Source: Alphaproteobacteria bacterium
GTDB taxonomy: Bacteria > Pseudomonadota > Alphaproteobacteria > JAAXGF01
Reading direction: 5' to 3'
DNA: 64,000 bases
Assembly: GCA_963555825.3 (NCBI GenBank)
Contig: CAUVXB020000001.1
Span: 736,001 to 800,000 of the forward strand
Shown: piece by piece, positions 34,787 through 44,292 of the stretch
Position numbering within the stretch: position 1 is the stretch's first letter
Layout of the letters: each line of letters starts with the position of its first letter
The notes under the pieces: generated by a model
The model's database searches: none
Told to the model about the DNA's origin: nothing
Seen by the model: only the letters and a program-made list of their open reading frames with translations
Program-made: the position numbers and the translations under genes

Positions 34787-34843
34787 CGGGAGAGTGGCGG
34801 CACCCTACATGTAGCGGTCATGGGCGTTAACCGGATAGGCAAG
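34787..34843 (+). repeat. 57-bp orphan copy of the right end of the IS1595 at 692-5550
   Basis: Identical to 5494-5550. Confidence 0.9.
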
Positions 34844-35486
34844 GTTCAGTGAACACTTTTACCTGCCTCCGCCATCCCGATCGGCGATCGACCCATTGTC
34901 GTTGGCGGCCGTCATTCGTAAGGCGTCTTTGGCTTCGCGATAGAGCTGCCACAGTCGCGTTCGGCTCAGGCAATGCTTGTTCATCAACACCTTCCACGGT
35001 GTCTTCGGTGGCCCATCCCGCTCGGCGACGAACTGCCTTCCGAATGCAGTCAATCGCGGCGCTTCGCCCAACTCGCCCCTCACCCCGTACACAAATCAAC
35101 AGAAATACGCATTTTGCCCAACGACCAAAAGTCCACAGACGGGCCCCCATAGCGGTCTTGGCGGGCGTGGGTTTCGGCCCCCCGGGGTCGCGCGCGCATG
35201 CCTCGGCGAATGCCATTCGCCTGCCGCCGATCACACGGACACACACGCATCGCAATCGACGATCGAGGCGCCCGATCTCGCGACGGCACCGGACTAAGAG
35301 TGCGGTTCCTTCAACCGCTCGGCCACCCATCCATTACCGTGGCGCCGATAGACATCGACCGGGATGGCGACCCGGACGCGTCTTCTCGCGTTCGACTAGG
35401 TCACACAATCGGCCGAATGGGTCGAGGTTGCCGCCGCCGCCGAGGCCTGCCAGAAGAACCTGAGAATTCATGGTAATTGGACTGTC

Positions 35487-35515
35487 TTGACATTGATAAT
35501 CTGTCCATATAGACT
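35487..35515 (+). promoter_or_regulatory. Sigma70-like promoter embedded in an inverted repeat
   Basis: TTGACA-17 nt-TAGACT, flanked by AATTGGACTGTC (35475-35486) and GACAGTCCAATT (35532-35543). Confidence 0.6.
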
Positions 35516-35582
35516 GTTTATACAATGAGTTGACAGTCCAATTTCTCAAGGGCGGGAGCCCGACGGACCCGGAGGCCATCGA

Positions 35583-35846
35583 ATGGCGATCGCGACGAGC
35601 AGAGAAGACCCGATGTATCGGGGCAGGCCGAGACCAGTGCTGTCATGGCGGGCCGAGGCGGCGCCAACACTCGGGGCCTTTGCCATCCTCCGTGATGGCA
35701 GCGGGTTCGCCGAAAGGAAACAGCGACCATGCGATTCTTCGCGTTCCTATTCTTCCAACAGTTTCGAGCCGGCGTTTCGGAGCATGAGGTGTGGAATGAG
35801 CGCCACATTTAGTGGCGCCGATCGATCCGCCGGAGGTATCAGATGA
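35583..35846 (+). CDS. Putative small protein, paralog of 36085-36342
   Basis: GGAGG RBS; first ~39 codons collinear with the second copy. Confidence 0.4.
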   Translation: MAIATSREDPMYRGRPRPVLSWRAEAAPTLGAFAILRDGSGFAERKQRPCDSSRSYSSNSFEPAFRSMRCGMSATFSGADRSAGGIR

Positions 35847-36084
35847 ATATCGCAACTGCCGTTGCCAACGATCGCCAATTGTTCGTCGAGAGGCGATCGG
35901 AATCGTGCAAGATCGTTCGTATTCAGGCCCCTGAAACTTTTTCAATCTATCGCGACGGGCTGCTCTGCGAGAGGCTAGTCGGTACCAATTCGGCGGCTCA
36001 AAATCGAACTATCGCATTGTCAAACTGCTACCCCGAGCATGTTTAGCAATTCGAGTAGTGAGCCACGAATTGGGAGATCATCGA

Positions 36085-36342
36085 ATGGCGACAACGACGA
36101 GCAGAATAGACCCGACGCTTCGAGGTGGACCGGAATCGGCGTTGGCCTGGGGGATCGGTTCGGCGCCCAGCCTGGGGACCTTTTCCATCCTCCGTGATGG
36201 CAGGCTCCACACGCGATTGGGCGGCACGCCGCGACAGGCCCGATTTCGCACCGAACGACTGTCCGATCGGGCGCCGCGACATCACTGGTGCTGCATCGAC
36301 GAAATCGGCGGCGTCTTGATGAGCGCCGGCGGCGCGGAGTAA
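36085..36342 (+). CDS. Putative small protein, paralog of 35583-35846
   Basis: GGAG RBS; shared MA..TSR.DP..RG.P...L.W....AP.LG.F.ILRDG. Confidence 0.4.
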   Translation: MATTTSRIDPTLRGGPESALAWGIGSAPSLGTFSILRDGRLHTRLGGTPRQARFRTERLSDRAPRHHWCCIDEIGGVLMSAGGAE

Positions 36343-36365
36343 CGCGGGCCTCGGGGGATGTGATC

Positions 36366-36635
36366 ATGCGCTTTGTCCGGCTTCGCGACTTCGCCGCCGA
36401 TCGAAACGGCAGCGCCGCTATAGAATACGCGATCCTGGCCGCGGGGATCGGGTTGACTCTCGCCATGACAGTTTCGCTGTTGGGTGACCGGATGATGACC
36501 ACGTACGGTAATATCGCCGATGCAATCATCGCCGCGAGTGGCGATCCCGATACGCCACCGCCGTGCCCGCCGGCGGGTAAAAGCAAGAAAAACGACAAGG
36601 GCAAAAAGAACGGCAAGCCATTCTGCAAGAGCTAG
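36366..36635 (+). CDS. Flp (type IVb/Tad) prepilin with an extended C-terminus
   Basis: F..D.NG|SAAIEYAILAAGI prepilin motif followed by a hydrophobic helix. Confidence 0.85.
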   Translation: MRFVRLRDFAADRNGSAAIEYAILAAGIGLTLAMTVSLLGDRMMTTYGNIADAIIAASGDPDTPPPCPPAGKSKKNDKGKKNGKPFCKS

Positions 36636-37007
36636 TGTTGCGCCGCGGCCGATGACGCGGCACCGAACGGCGCCCATGCACACCGTCGAACACATGGTTT
36701 CCGTCCGCCGCCCACGTAACGGTGTGGCGAAACTTCGGCGTCATTAGCCGATACCGTTGCAGCCCCATCAGCGCCATTGAAAATCTGCGGCCGACAGACT
36801 TGGCCCGACGAAGAAGGGGCGCGTTGCACTTTGGCCTAACCCTGAGTCGAGATGGGCGTCCCGGCGCACGAAACTCTTGGAGCGCCGGGCCCGGCCGCCG
36901 GCCCGAGCCCGGCACGCCGTTCGGCGCGAATATGCTTGCCAAGCCGCGAGGCTTCGTTCAATCATCGCCGCCCTTGGAACGATGCTGGCGCAGAATTAGG
37001 GCCCGCC

Positions 37008-37991
37008 ATGACCGGTCGAAATCTCCGCAAACTGTCGCTCGTTCCCGCCGCCGCGCTTTGGCTGGCCGCCTCGGGCGCGGCTGCCCAGGCTGCCGAATTC
37101 GGCGATTGGCTGGCCGATTTCCGGGTCGAGGCGGCCCAGGCCGGAATTTCACCTGCCGTGCTGGATGCCGCGCTCGGCAACGTTAAACCGATACCGCGCG
37201 TCATTGAACTCGACCGCAAGCAGCCCGAATCTACGCAGACCTTCGAGGAATACCTCGCCAGGCGGGTCACGGCGGATATGGCTCACGAAGGTCGCCGCCT
37301 GCTCGACAAACACCGTGCGCTTCTCGAGGCGATCGGCGAGGAATATGGCGTGCAGCCGCGCTTCATCGTCGCGCTGTGGGGCGCCGAGACGCGCTATGGC
37401 AAATACACCGGTGGGTTTTCCGTCATCGCCTCGCTGGCGACCCTTGCCCACGACGGACGCCGCAGCAAGTACTTCCGCGGCGAGCTGCTGAACGCGCTCA
37501 AGATCATCGACGCGGGTCACATCACGGCCGACCAGATGACGGGCTCCTGGGCCGGCGCCATGGGCCAGAGCCAGTTCATGCCGTCGAGCTTCCTGCACTA
37601 CGCCATCGATTACGACGGTGACCAGCGGCGCGACATCTGGGGCACCCATGCCGATATCTTCGCATCCGCGGCCAATTATCTGGCGCGGGCCGGCTGGCGC
37701 GGCGACCAAACTTGGGGCCGCAAGGCACGGCTGCCCGACGGCTTCGACCCGACGCTCGCCGATCTCGGCGTCGTCAAGCTTCTCAGTGAATGGCAGGCCC
37801 TCGGCGTGCGTCGCGCCGACGGCAGCGACTTACCGGCTCGCGATCTTCGCGCTTCGATCATCATGCCGGGCGGCGAAGACGGCCCCGCCTATGTGATTTA
37901 CGGCAATTATCGGGCGATTCTGAAGTGGAATCGATCCAACTACTTTGGTGTATCGATCGGGACTCTTGCAGATCTCATTGGAAACAGTTAG
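37008..37991 (+). CDS. Lytic murein transglycosylase (MltB family)
   Basis: QPE, ALWGAETRYG, GSWAGAMGQSQFMPSS, WNRSNY. Confidence 0.93.
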   Translation: MTGRNLRKLSLVPAAALWLAASGAAAQAAEFGDWLADFRVEAAQAGISPAVLDAALGNVKPIPRVIELDRKQPESTQTFEEYLARRVTADMAHEGRRLLDKHRALLEAIGEEYGVQPRFIVALWGAETRYGKYTGGFSVIASLATLAHDGRRSKYFRGELLNALKIIDAGHITADQMTGSWAGAMGQSQFMPSSFLHYAIDYDGDQRRDIWGTHADIFASAANYLARAGWRGDQTWGRKARLPDGFDPTLADLGVVKLLSEWQALGVRRADGSDLPARDLRASIIMPGGEDGPAYVIYGNYRAILKWNRSNYFGVSIGTLADLIGNS

Positions 37992-38039
37992 AATCCAGAC
38001 TCTGTTGGTAGCGTGTCCTCGGTTTTCAGTGATGATGAC

Positions 38040-38879
38040 ATGACAGTATTTGCAACTCGTTGGGCGGCACTTTCCCTCATCTCCATCGCGATGCTTTCGC
38101 TCGGCGCTTGCGCCGAAATTCAACTCGCGGCGTTCAGCGCGAAGGAGATTGCGGCGCATACCGATGAGCCCGTCAATCGGGGCGAATTCAAGGTCGGCGA
38201 TCCCTATGAGGTCAACGGCGCCTGGTATTACCCGGCGGTCGATCCCGGCTATGACGAGGTCGGTGTCGCGTCGTGGTACGGCGAAAAGTTCCACGGCCGG
38301 CCGACGGCCAATGGCGCGATTTACGACATGAACGCCCTGACCGCGGCGCACAAGACCCTGCCCATGCCGTCGACGGTACGCGTCACCAATCTCGACAACG
38401 GCCGGTCGATGCTGCTCACGGTGAACGACCGTGGACCGTTCGTCGCGGGCCGCATCATCGACGTCTCGCGCCGCGCGGCGCAGCTCCTCGGTTTCCGGCG
38501 CAAGGGCACGGTCAAGGTGCGCGTCCAGATCGTTCGGGACGACGCGCCCGAGCCGTTGATGGCCGCGCCGGCCGGCGCGGTGAGCCAGGAGCCGCTGGTC
38601 CAAACGGCCTCTCTATCGCCGACAACCGCGACCGGCTATGGCGGCGGCGCGCTGAACACCTACGTGCAGGTCGGCGCGTTCGGCAGCCTGGACAACGCGA
38701 CGCGTCTCAGCATTCAGCTCGCGCCGATCGGCCCGGCCCAGACGACCAAGGCGACGATCGCCGGTCAGACCGTCTATCGTGTTCGACTGGGGCCCGTCGG
38801 ATCGCTTCAAGAGGCCAACAGCCTGCTCCAGCGCGTCATCGCCGCGGGCCATTACAGCGCGCGTTTGGTCGTCGATTGA
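38040..38879 (+). CDS. rlpA: Septal lytic transglycosylase RlpA with SPOR domain
   Basis: Lipobox LGAC, ASWYG, TAAHKTLP, NDRGPF, VQVGAF. Confidence 0.93.
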   Translation: MTVFATRWAALSLISIAMLSLGACAEIQLAAFSAKEIAAHTDEPVNRGEFKVGDPYEVNGAWYYPAVDPGYDEVGVASWYGEKFHGRPTANGAIYDMNALTAAHKTLPMPSTVRVTNLDNGRSMLLTVNDRGPFVAGRIIDVSRRAAQLLGFRRKGTVKVRVQIVRDDAPEPLMAAPAGAVSQEPLVQTASLSPTTATGYGGGALNTYVQVGAFGSLDNATRLSIQLAPIGPAQTTKATIAGQTVYRVRLGPVGSLQEANSLLQRVIAAGHYSARLVVD

Positions 38880-39006
38880 AGCGTGACGCGTCGGCGGTCT
38901 GGACGGTCGCCGAAATCTAGCCATAATCGCGTGGCAGACCAGGGCCGTTGGCCGGCTGGCCGACGTCGCCCTAAGTATAAGACCGTTCGGATAGAGGATA
39001 AACATC

Positions 39007-40158
39007 GTGAAGCTTGTGACCTGGCCGCGCCTGGCCTCCTTCCTGTACGCCCTGTTGATCGTCGGTGTGGCGCCGCTGCCGTCGCACGCCGTCGAGACCG
39101 AGGCACGCAACGTCATACTGATCGATGACGTGACCGGAACGGTGCTCTTCGAGAAGGATGCCGATGCCGCCGCGCCGCCGTCATCGATGAGCAAGATCAT
39201 GACTGTCTACATGGTCTTCCAGCGGCTCGCCGAGGGCACGCTCAAGCTCGATGACAGCTTCGTGGTCAGCGAAAAAGCCTGGCGCAAGGGCGGCTCGAAG
39301 ATGTTCGTCAACGTCGACGACAGGGTCGCTGTCGAGGATCTGCTGCGCGGCATCATCGTCCAGTCGGGCAACGATGCCTGTATCGTCGTCGCCGAGGGTC
39401 TGGCCGGCAGCGAAGACGCCTTCGCCGCCGAGATGACCGAGGTCGGCTACACGATCGGGCTCGAGAACAGCGTCTTCAAGAACGCCAGCGGTTGGCCGCA
39501 GGAGGGTCATGTCATGTCGGCGCGCGACCTTGCCCGGCTCGCGCAACGCACGATCCATGACTTCCCGCAGTACTACCATTATTACGCCGAGACCGAATTC
39601 ACATATGCCGATATCACGCAGCCCAACCGCAATCCACTGCTCGGCCGCACGCCGGGCGTCGATGGCCTCAAGACGGGGCACACGAGCGCGGGCGGTTACG
39701 GCCTGACGACCTCGGCGGAGCGCGACGGCCGGCGCTTGATCCTCGTCATGAACGGGCTGCCGAGCACCCGGACGCGGGCGCGTGAATCCGAACGACTGCT
39801 CGAATTCGGTTATCGCGAATTCCGCAATTATGCCTTGTTCCAGAAAGGTGAATCAGTCATCGAGGCGGATGTCTGGCTGGGCGATTCGGCGACCGTGCCA
39901 CTCGTCGTCGAAGATAGCCTGACGGTTACGCTGCCGCGCAAATCGCGTCGCAAGATGGCGGTGACCGTCAAATACGAGAGCCCGGTCCCGGCGCCCCTCG
40001 TCAAGGGTGCGCGGGTCGCCACGCTCGTCGTCACGGCGCCCGGCACGCCGACGCTCGAGGTGCCGCTGGTCGCCGGCATCGACGTCGAGAAGCTGGGACC
40101 GTTCCGCCGGATCGGCGCGGCGATCAGTTACATCGTCTTCGGTTCGGGGGCGGAATGA
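39007..40158 (+). CDS. dacA: D-alanyl-D-alanine carboxypeptidase
   Basis: SMSK, SGN and KTG motifs; PBP5 C-terminal domain. Confidence 0.9.
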   Translation: MKLVTWPRLASFLYALLIVGVAPLPSHAVETEARNVILIDDVTGTVLFEKDADAAAPPSSMSKIMTVYMVFQRLAEGTLKLDDSFVVSEKAWRKGGSKMFVNVDDRVAVEDLLRGIIVQSGNDACIVVAEGLAGSEDAFAAEMTEVGYTIGLENSVFKNASGWPQEGHVMSARDLARLAQRTIHDFPQYYHYYAETEFTYADITQPNRNPLLGRTPGVDGLKTGHTSAGGYGLTTSAERDGRRLILVMNGLPSTRTRARESERLLEFGYREFRNYALFQKGESVIEADVWLGDSATVPLVVEDSLTVTLPRKSRRKMAVTVKYESPVPAPLVKGARVATLVVTAPGTPTLEVPLVAGIDVEKLGPFRRIGAAISYIVFGSGAE

Positions 40159-40186
40159 CCGGCGGTCGCCGGGGCGGGGAGGGCGC

Positions 40187-40825
40187 GTGAGCCGCGGCCG
40201 CTTCATCACTGTCGAGGGCGGCGAGGGTGTCGGCAAATCGACCCAGGTTGGCCGCCTTGTCGACGCGTTGCACGAGCGCGGCATCACCGCGCACCGCACG
40301 CGTGAGCCGGGCGGCAGCCCGGGCGCCGAGGACATCAGGCAGTTGCTGGTCACCGGCGAGACCGGGCGCTGGGACGCGATGACCGAGACCCTGCTGTTTT
40401 TCGCCGCGCGGCGCGACCATCTCGTCACGACGGTGTGGCCGGCGCTCGAACGCGGCGCGTGGGTCGTCTCGGATCGATTCGCCGATACGACCGTCGCCTA
40501 TCAGGGATATGCCCATGGCCTGGATCGCGAGACGATCGGCCAGCTCTACGCGCTCGTCGTCGGTGATTTCGCGCCCGACCTCACGATCATCCTCGATGCG
40601 CCCGTCGACCTCGGCCTCGCCCGGGCGGGCGGGCGCGGCGGCGACGATCGTTACGAGCGCATGGATCTTGCGTTCCACGAGCGCCTGCGGGCCGGCTTCC
40701 TCGAAATCGCCCGGGGCGAGCCCGATCGCTGCGTCGTGATCGACGCGAGCGCCGCCCCCGACGCGGTGCACCGGATCGTGCTCGCCGCCGTCGTGGATCG
40801 CTTCGGTGCCGACCAAGATGGCTGA
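40187..40825 (+). CDS. tmk: Thymidylate kinase
   Basis: EGGEGVGKST, TREPGG, DRF, AYQG. Confidence 0.95.
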   Translation: MSRGRFITVEGGEGVGKSTQVGRLVDALHERGITAHRTREPGGSPGAEDIRQLLVTGETGRWDAMTETLLFFAARRDHLVTTVWPALERGAWVVSDRFADTTVAYQGYAHGLDRETIGQLYALVVGDFAPDLTIILDAPVDLGLARAGGRGGDDRYERMDLAFHERLRAGFLEIARGEPDRCVVIDASAAPDAVHRIVLAAVVDRFGADQDG

Positions 40826-41912
40826 CGCCGGCGACGACCGCGACGCGGCGCCACCGCCGCCCCGCAAGAACCCCGATTTGATCGGTCATGCGCGGGCCGA
40901 GGCAACTTTGCTCGATGACTACCGTTCCGGGCGTCTCGCGCATGCCTGGCTGATCACCGGACCGCCCGGCATCGGCAAGGCGACGTTCGCGTTTCGCTTC
41001 GCCCGCTTCCTGCTCGCCGGCGGTGGCGGCGAGGACCTGTTCGGCGACGCCCCGGCGGGTCTCGCGGTCGACCCCGCCGATCCGGTCTTTCGCCGCGTCG
41101 CCGCCGGCTCGCACGGCGATCTCCTGACCCTTCAGCCGGGCTACGACGATCGCCGCAAGGTTATGCGCGAGGGCATCGTCGTCGATGAGGTGCGCGCCGT
41201 CGGACCATTTCTGCGCATGACGCCGGCCGAGGGCGGCTGGCGCGTCGTCATCGTCGACAGCGCCGATGCGCTGAATGCGAACGCCGCCAATGCGTTGCTG
41301 AAGGCGATCGAGGAGCCGCCCGATCGCACTTTGGTGCTGCTGGTCAGTCATGCGCCGGGCCGCCTGCTGCCGACGATCCGCTCGCGCTGCGCACGGCTCG
41401 CGCTCAGGCCGCTGGATGACGATACCGTCGAAACCTTCCTGCGCGACCACCGGCCCGAGATTGACGCCGAAGAGGCCGCGGCGATCGCGCGTCTCGCCGC
41501 CGGCAGCCCCGGCCGCGCTCTCGGCCTCGCCGACATCGGCGGCCTCGCGCTCTACCGCGAGATGGTCGACTTGGTCGGCCAGGCGCCAAGCCTCGATCCG
41601 GAAGCACTGCACGGCTTCGCCGACCGCGTTGCGCGCGGCGACGGCGGCGCCTTCCACACGGTCATGGAACTATTGGGGCAGTGGCTCGTCGAGCTGGTGC
41701 GGACCGGCGCGGCGGCGGGTTCCGCGCGCCCCGTCATCGCCGGCGAGGATGCGGTGCGCGAACGCTTGCTCGCGGCGCGCGGCCTTGAAGAATGGACCGA
41801 GGTGTGGGAAAAGGTGACCGGCCTCGTCGCCAGCGCCGAACGGCTGTCGCTCGATCGGAAGCAGGTGGTGCTCGCGGCCTTCGCCGCGTTCGAGGCCGCG
41901 CCGCGCGCCTGA
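40818..41912 (+). CDS. holB: DNA polymerase III subunit delta'
   Basis: HAWLITGPPGIGKAT, AANALLKAIEEP, LPTIRSRC. Confidence 0.93.
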   Translation: MADAGDDRDAAPPPPRKNPDLIGHARAEATLLDDYRSGRLAHAWLITGPPGIGKATFAFRFARFLLAGGGGEDLFGDAPAGLAVDPADPVFRRVAAGSHGDLLTLQPGYDDRRKVMREGIVVDEVRAVGPFLRMTPAEGGWRVVIVDSADALNANAANALLKAIEEPPDRTLVLLVSHAPGRLLPTIRSRCARLALRPLDDDTVETFLRDHRPEIDAEEAAAIARLAAGSPGRALGLADIGGLALYREMVDLVGQAPSLDPEALHGFADRVARGDGGAFHTVMELLGQWLVELVRTGAAAGSARPVIAGEDAVRERLLAARGLEEWTEVWEKVTGLVASAERLSLDRKQVVLAAFAAFEAAPRA

Positions 41913-41953
41913 ATCCCTTTTTGCAACATTTGACGAGCGTAAGCGTGCCCGAC

Positions 41954-43498
41954 ATGACCGAGGCCAAGACCTACTACGTCACGACGCCAATCTACTACGC
42001 CAACGACGTGCCGCATATCGGCCACGTCTACACGATGGTTGCATGCGACGCGCTGGCGCGGTTCATGCGGCTCGACGGCCGCGACGTCATGTTCCTGACC
42101 GGCACCGACGAGCACGGCCAGAAGGTCGAGAAGGCGGCGATCGCGGCGGGCGAGGACACGCAGGCCTTCGTCGACCGGGTCTCGCAGCGCTTCCGCGACT
42201 TGCGCGGGCCGATGGCCCTGACCAACGACGACTTCATCCGCACCACGGAGGACCGCCACACTGCCTCGGTACAGCAGCTCTGGCGCGAGTTGGTCAAGCG
42301 CGACGAAATCTACCTCGGCACCTATGCCGGATGGTATTCGGTGCGCGACGAGGCGTTTTACGCGGAGCAGGAATTGGTCGACGGCATCGCGCCGACCGGC
42401 GCGCCCGTTGAATGGGTCGAGGAGCCGAGCTACTTCTTCCGCCTCTCGGCTTGGCAGGATCGGCTGCTCGCGTTCTACGAAGCGAACCCGGATTTCATCC
42501 TGCCCGAGACGCGGCGCAACGAGGTTGTCAGCTTCGTCAAGGGCGGGCTGCTCGACCTCTCTGTCTCGCGCACCAGCTTCAAGTGGGGCGTGCCGGTGCC
42601 CGACGATCCCGGTCACGTGATGTACGTCTGGATCGACGCGCTGACCAACTACTTAACGGCGGTCGGCTATCCGGACGACGGGTGCGACCAATTCCGACGC
42701 TTCTGGCCGGCCGATCTGCACATGGTCGGCAAGGACATCCTGCGCTTCCACGCGGTCTATTGGCCGGCCTTCCTGATGGCCGCCGGGATCGCGCCGCCCA
42801 GGCGCGTCTACGCCCACGGCTGGTGGACCAACGATGGCCAGAAGATGTCGAAGTCGCTCGGCAACGCCATCGACCACCTGGCGCTGGTCGACAAGTACGG
42901 CCTCGACCAGGTGCGCTATTTCGTGCTGCGCGAGGTGCCGTTCGGCAACGACTTCGACTTCTCGCATCAGTCCATGGTCGGGCGCATCAACGGCGACCTG
43001 GCCAACGACTTCGGCAACCTGGCGCATCGCGTGCTGTCGATGATCGCCAAGAACTGCGGCGGCCAGGTGCCCACGCCGGGCGCGCTCACGGCTGGCGACC
43101 AGGCGTTGCTGGACGCCGCGGGCGGGCTGCTCGATACCATGCGCGAGCACCTGCTGGTCCAGGAGTTCCACGCCGCCTTGGCCGCCCAATGGCGCGTCAT
43201 CGCCGAGGCCAACCGCTACGTCGACGCCCAGGCGCCCTGGGCGCTGCGCAAGTCGGACCCGGCGCGCATGGCGACCGTGCTCTATGTGCTCGCCGAGACC
43301 ATCCGCCGCCTCGCCATCCTGGCCCAGTCGGTCACGCCGGGCGCGGCGGCGCGCATGCTCGACCAGATCGCCGTTGCCGAGGACGCGCGCGATTTCGCCC
43401 ACCTCGGCCCCGACCACGCACTCGTGCCGGGCACCGCGCTGCCCAAGCCCGAAGGCGTCTTCCCGCGCTACGTCGACGAGGAAGAGAAGGCGTCGTGA
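41954..43498 (+). CDS. metG: Methionine--tRNA ligase
   Basis: PHIGH, GTDEHG, YVWIDAL, KMSKS. Confidence 0.97.
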   Translation: MTEAKTYYVTTPIYYANDVPHIGHVYTMVACDALARFMRLDGRDVMFLTGTDEHGQKVEKAAIAAGEDTQAFVDRVSQRFRDLRGPMALTNDDFIRTTEDRHTASVQQLWRELVKRDEIYLGTYAGWYSVRDEAFYAEQELVDGIAPTGAPVEWVEEPSYFFRLSAWQDRLLAFYEANPDFILPETRRNEVVSFVKGGLLDLSVSRTSFKWGVPVPDDPGHVMYVWIDALTNYLTAVGYPDDGCDQFRRFWPADLHMVGKDILRFHAVYWPAFLMAAGIAPPRRVYAHGWWTNDGQKMSKSLGNAIDHLALVDKYGLDQVRYFVLREVPFGNDFDFSHQSMVGRINGDLANDFGNLAHRVLSMIAKNCGGQVPTPGALTAGDQALLDAAGGLLDTMREHLLVQEFHAALAAQWRVIAEANRYVDAQAPWALRKSDPARMATVLYVLAETIRRLAILAQSVTPGAAARMLDQIAVAEDARDFAHLGPDHALVPGTALPKPEGVFPRYVDEEEKAS

Positions 43499-44292
43499 CG
43501 CTCGTCGACAGCCACTGTCATCTCGACTTTCCCGATTTCGCCGACGAGCTCGACGACATCGTCGGCCGCGCGCATCAGGCGGGCGTTACCGTCATGCAGA
43601 CGATCTGCACGCGGATCACGAAGTTCGACGAGGTGCTCGCGTTGGCGCGGCGTTTCGACGATATCTACTGCTCGGTTGGCATCCACCCGCACAACGTCGC
43701 CGACGAGCCGGCGATCGAGGCCGCCGACCTGGTCGCGCGCTCGGTCGACGACAAGGTCATCGGCATCGGCGAGACCGGGCTGGACTACCACTACGACAAC
43801 AGCCCGCGCGACGCGCAGCGCGCATGCTTCCGCACGCACATCGAGGCGGCGCGCGAGACCGGCCTGCCGGTCATCGTCCACACGCGCAACGCCGACCGGG
43901 ACACGGCCGACATCCTGGCCGACGAGATGGGGCAGGGGGCCTTCAGCGGGCTGATCCACTGCTTCTCCACGGGCCGCGAACTTGCCGAGAGTGCGCTCGA
44001 GCTGGGCCTCTACATTTCGATTTCGGGCATCGCGACCTTCAACAACGCCGAGGAGTTGCGCGACATCGTGCGCGACGTGCCGCTCGAACGCCTGCTGGTC
44101 GAGACCGACGCGCCCTATCTCGCACCCGTGCCCAAGCGCGGCAAGCGCAACGAGCCCGCCTTCGTCGTGCACACCGCCGAGCGCGTCGCCGAGGTCAAAG
44201 GCATCAGCGCGGAAGCGCTCGCCGTCGCGACGACGGCGAATTTCTTCGCGTTGTTCACCAAGGCCCGGTCCAAAGCCGCACCATGCGGGTGA
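43495..44292 (+). CDS. tatD: TatD-family hydrolase
   Basis: DSHCHL, GIHP, GETGLDY, HCF, ETDAPYL. Confidence 0.93.
   Translation: MTLVDSHCHLDFPDFADELDDIVGRAHQAGVTVMQTICTRITKFDEVLALARRFDDIYCSVGIHPHNVADEPAIEAADLVARSVDDKVIGIGETGLDYHYDNSPRDAQRACFRTHIEAARETGLPVIVHTRNADRDTADILADEMGQGAFSGLIHCFSTGRELAESALELGLYISISGIATFNNAEELRDIVRDVPLERLLVETDAPYLAPVPKRGKRNEPAFVVHTAERVAEVKGISAEALAVATTANFFALFTKARSKAAPCG

Larger units (their letters stand above)
29554..35333. mobile_element. Decayed genomic island integrated at the 5' end of tRNA-Ser
   Basis: 26-bp direct repeat CCTTCAACCGCTCGGCCACCCATCCA at 29529-29554 and 35308-35333; integrase remnant; several IS elements. Confidence 0.8.

Noticed and set aside
35583-35720. 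ILRDGSG as a second prepilin cleavage motif
   Set aside because: Not followed by a hydrophobic helix or the Glu+5/Tyr of Flp pilins.
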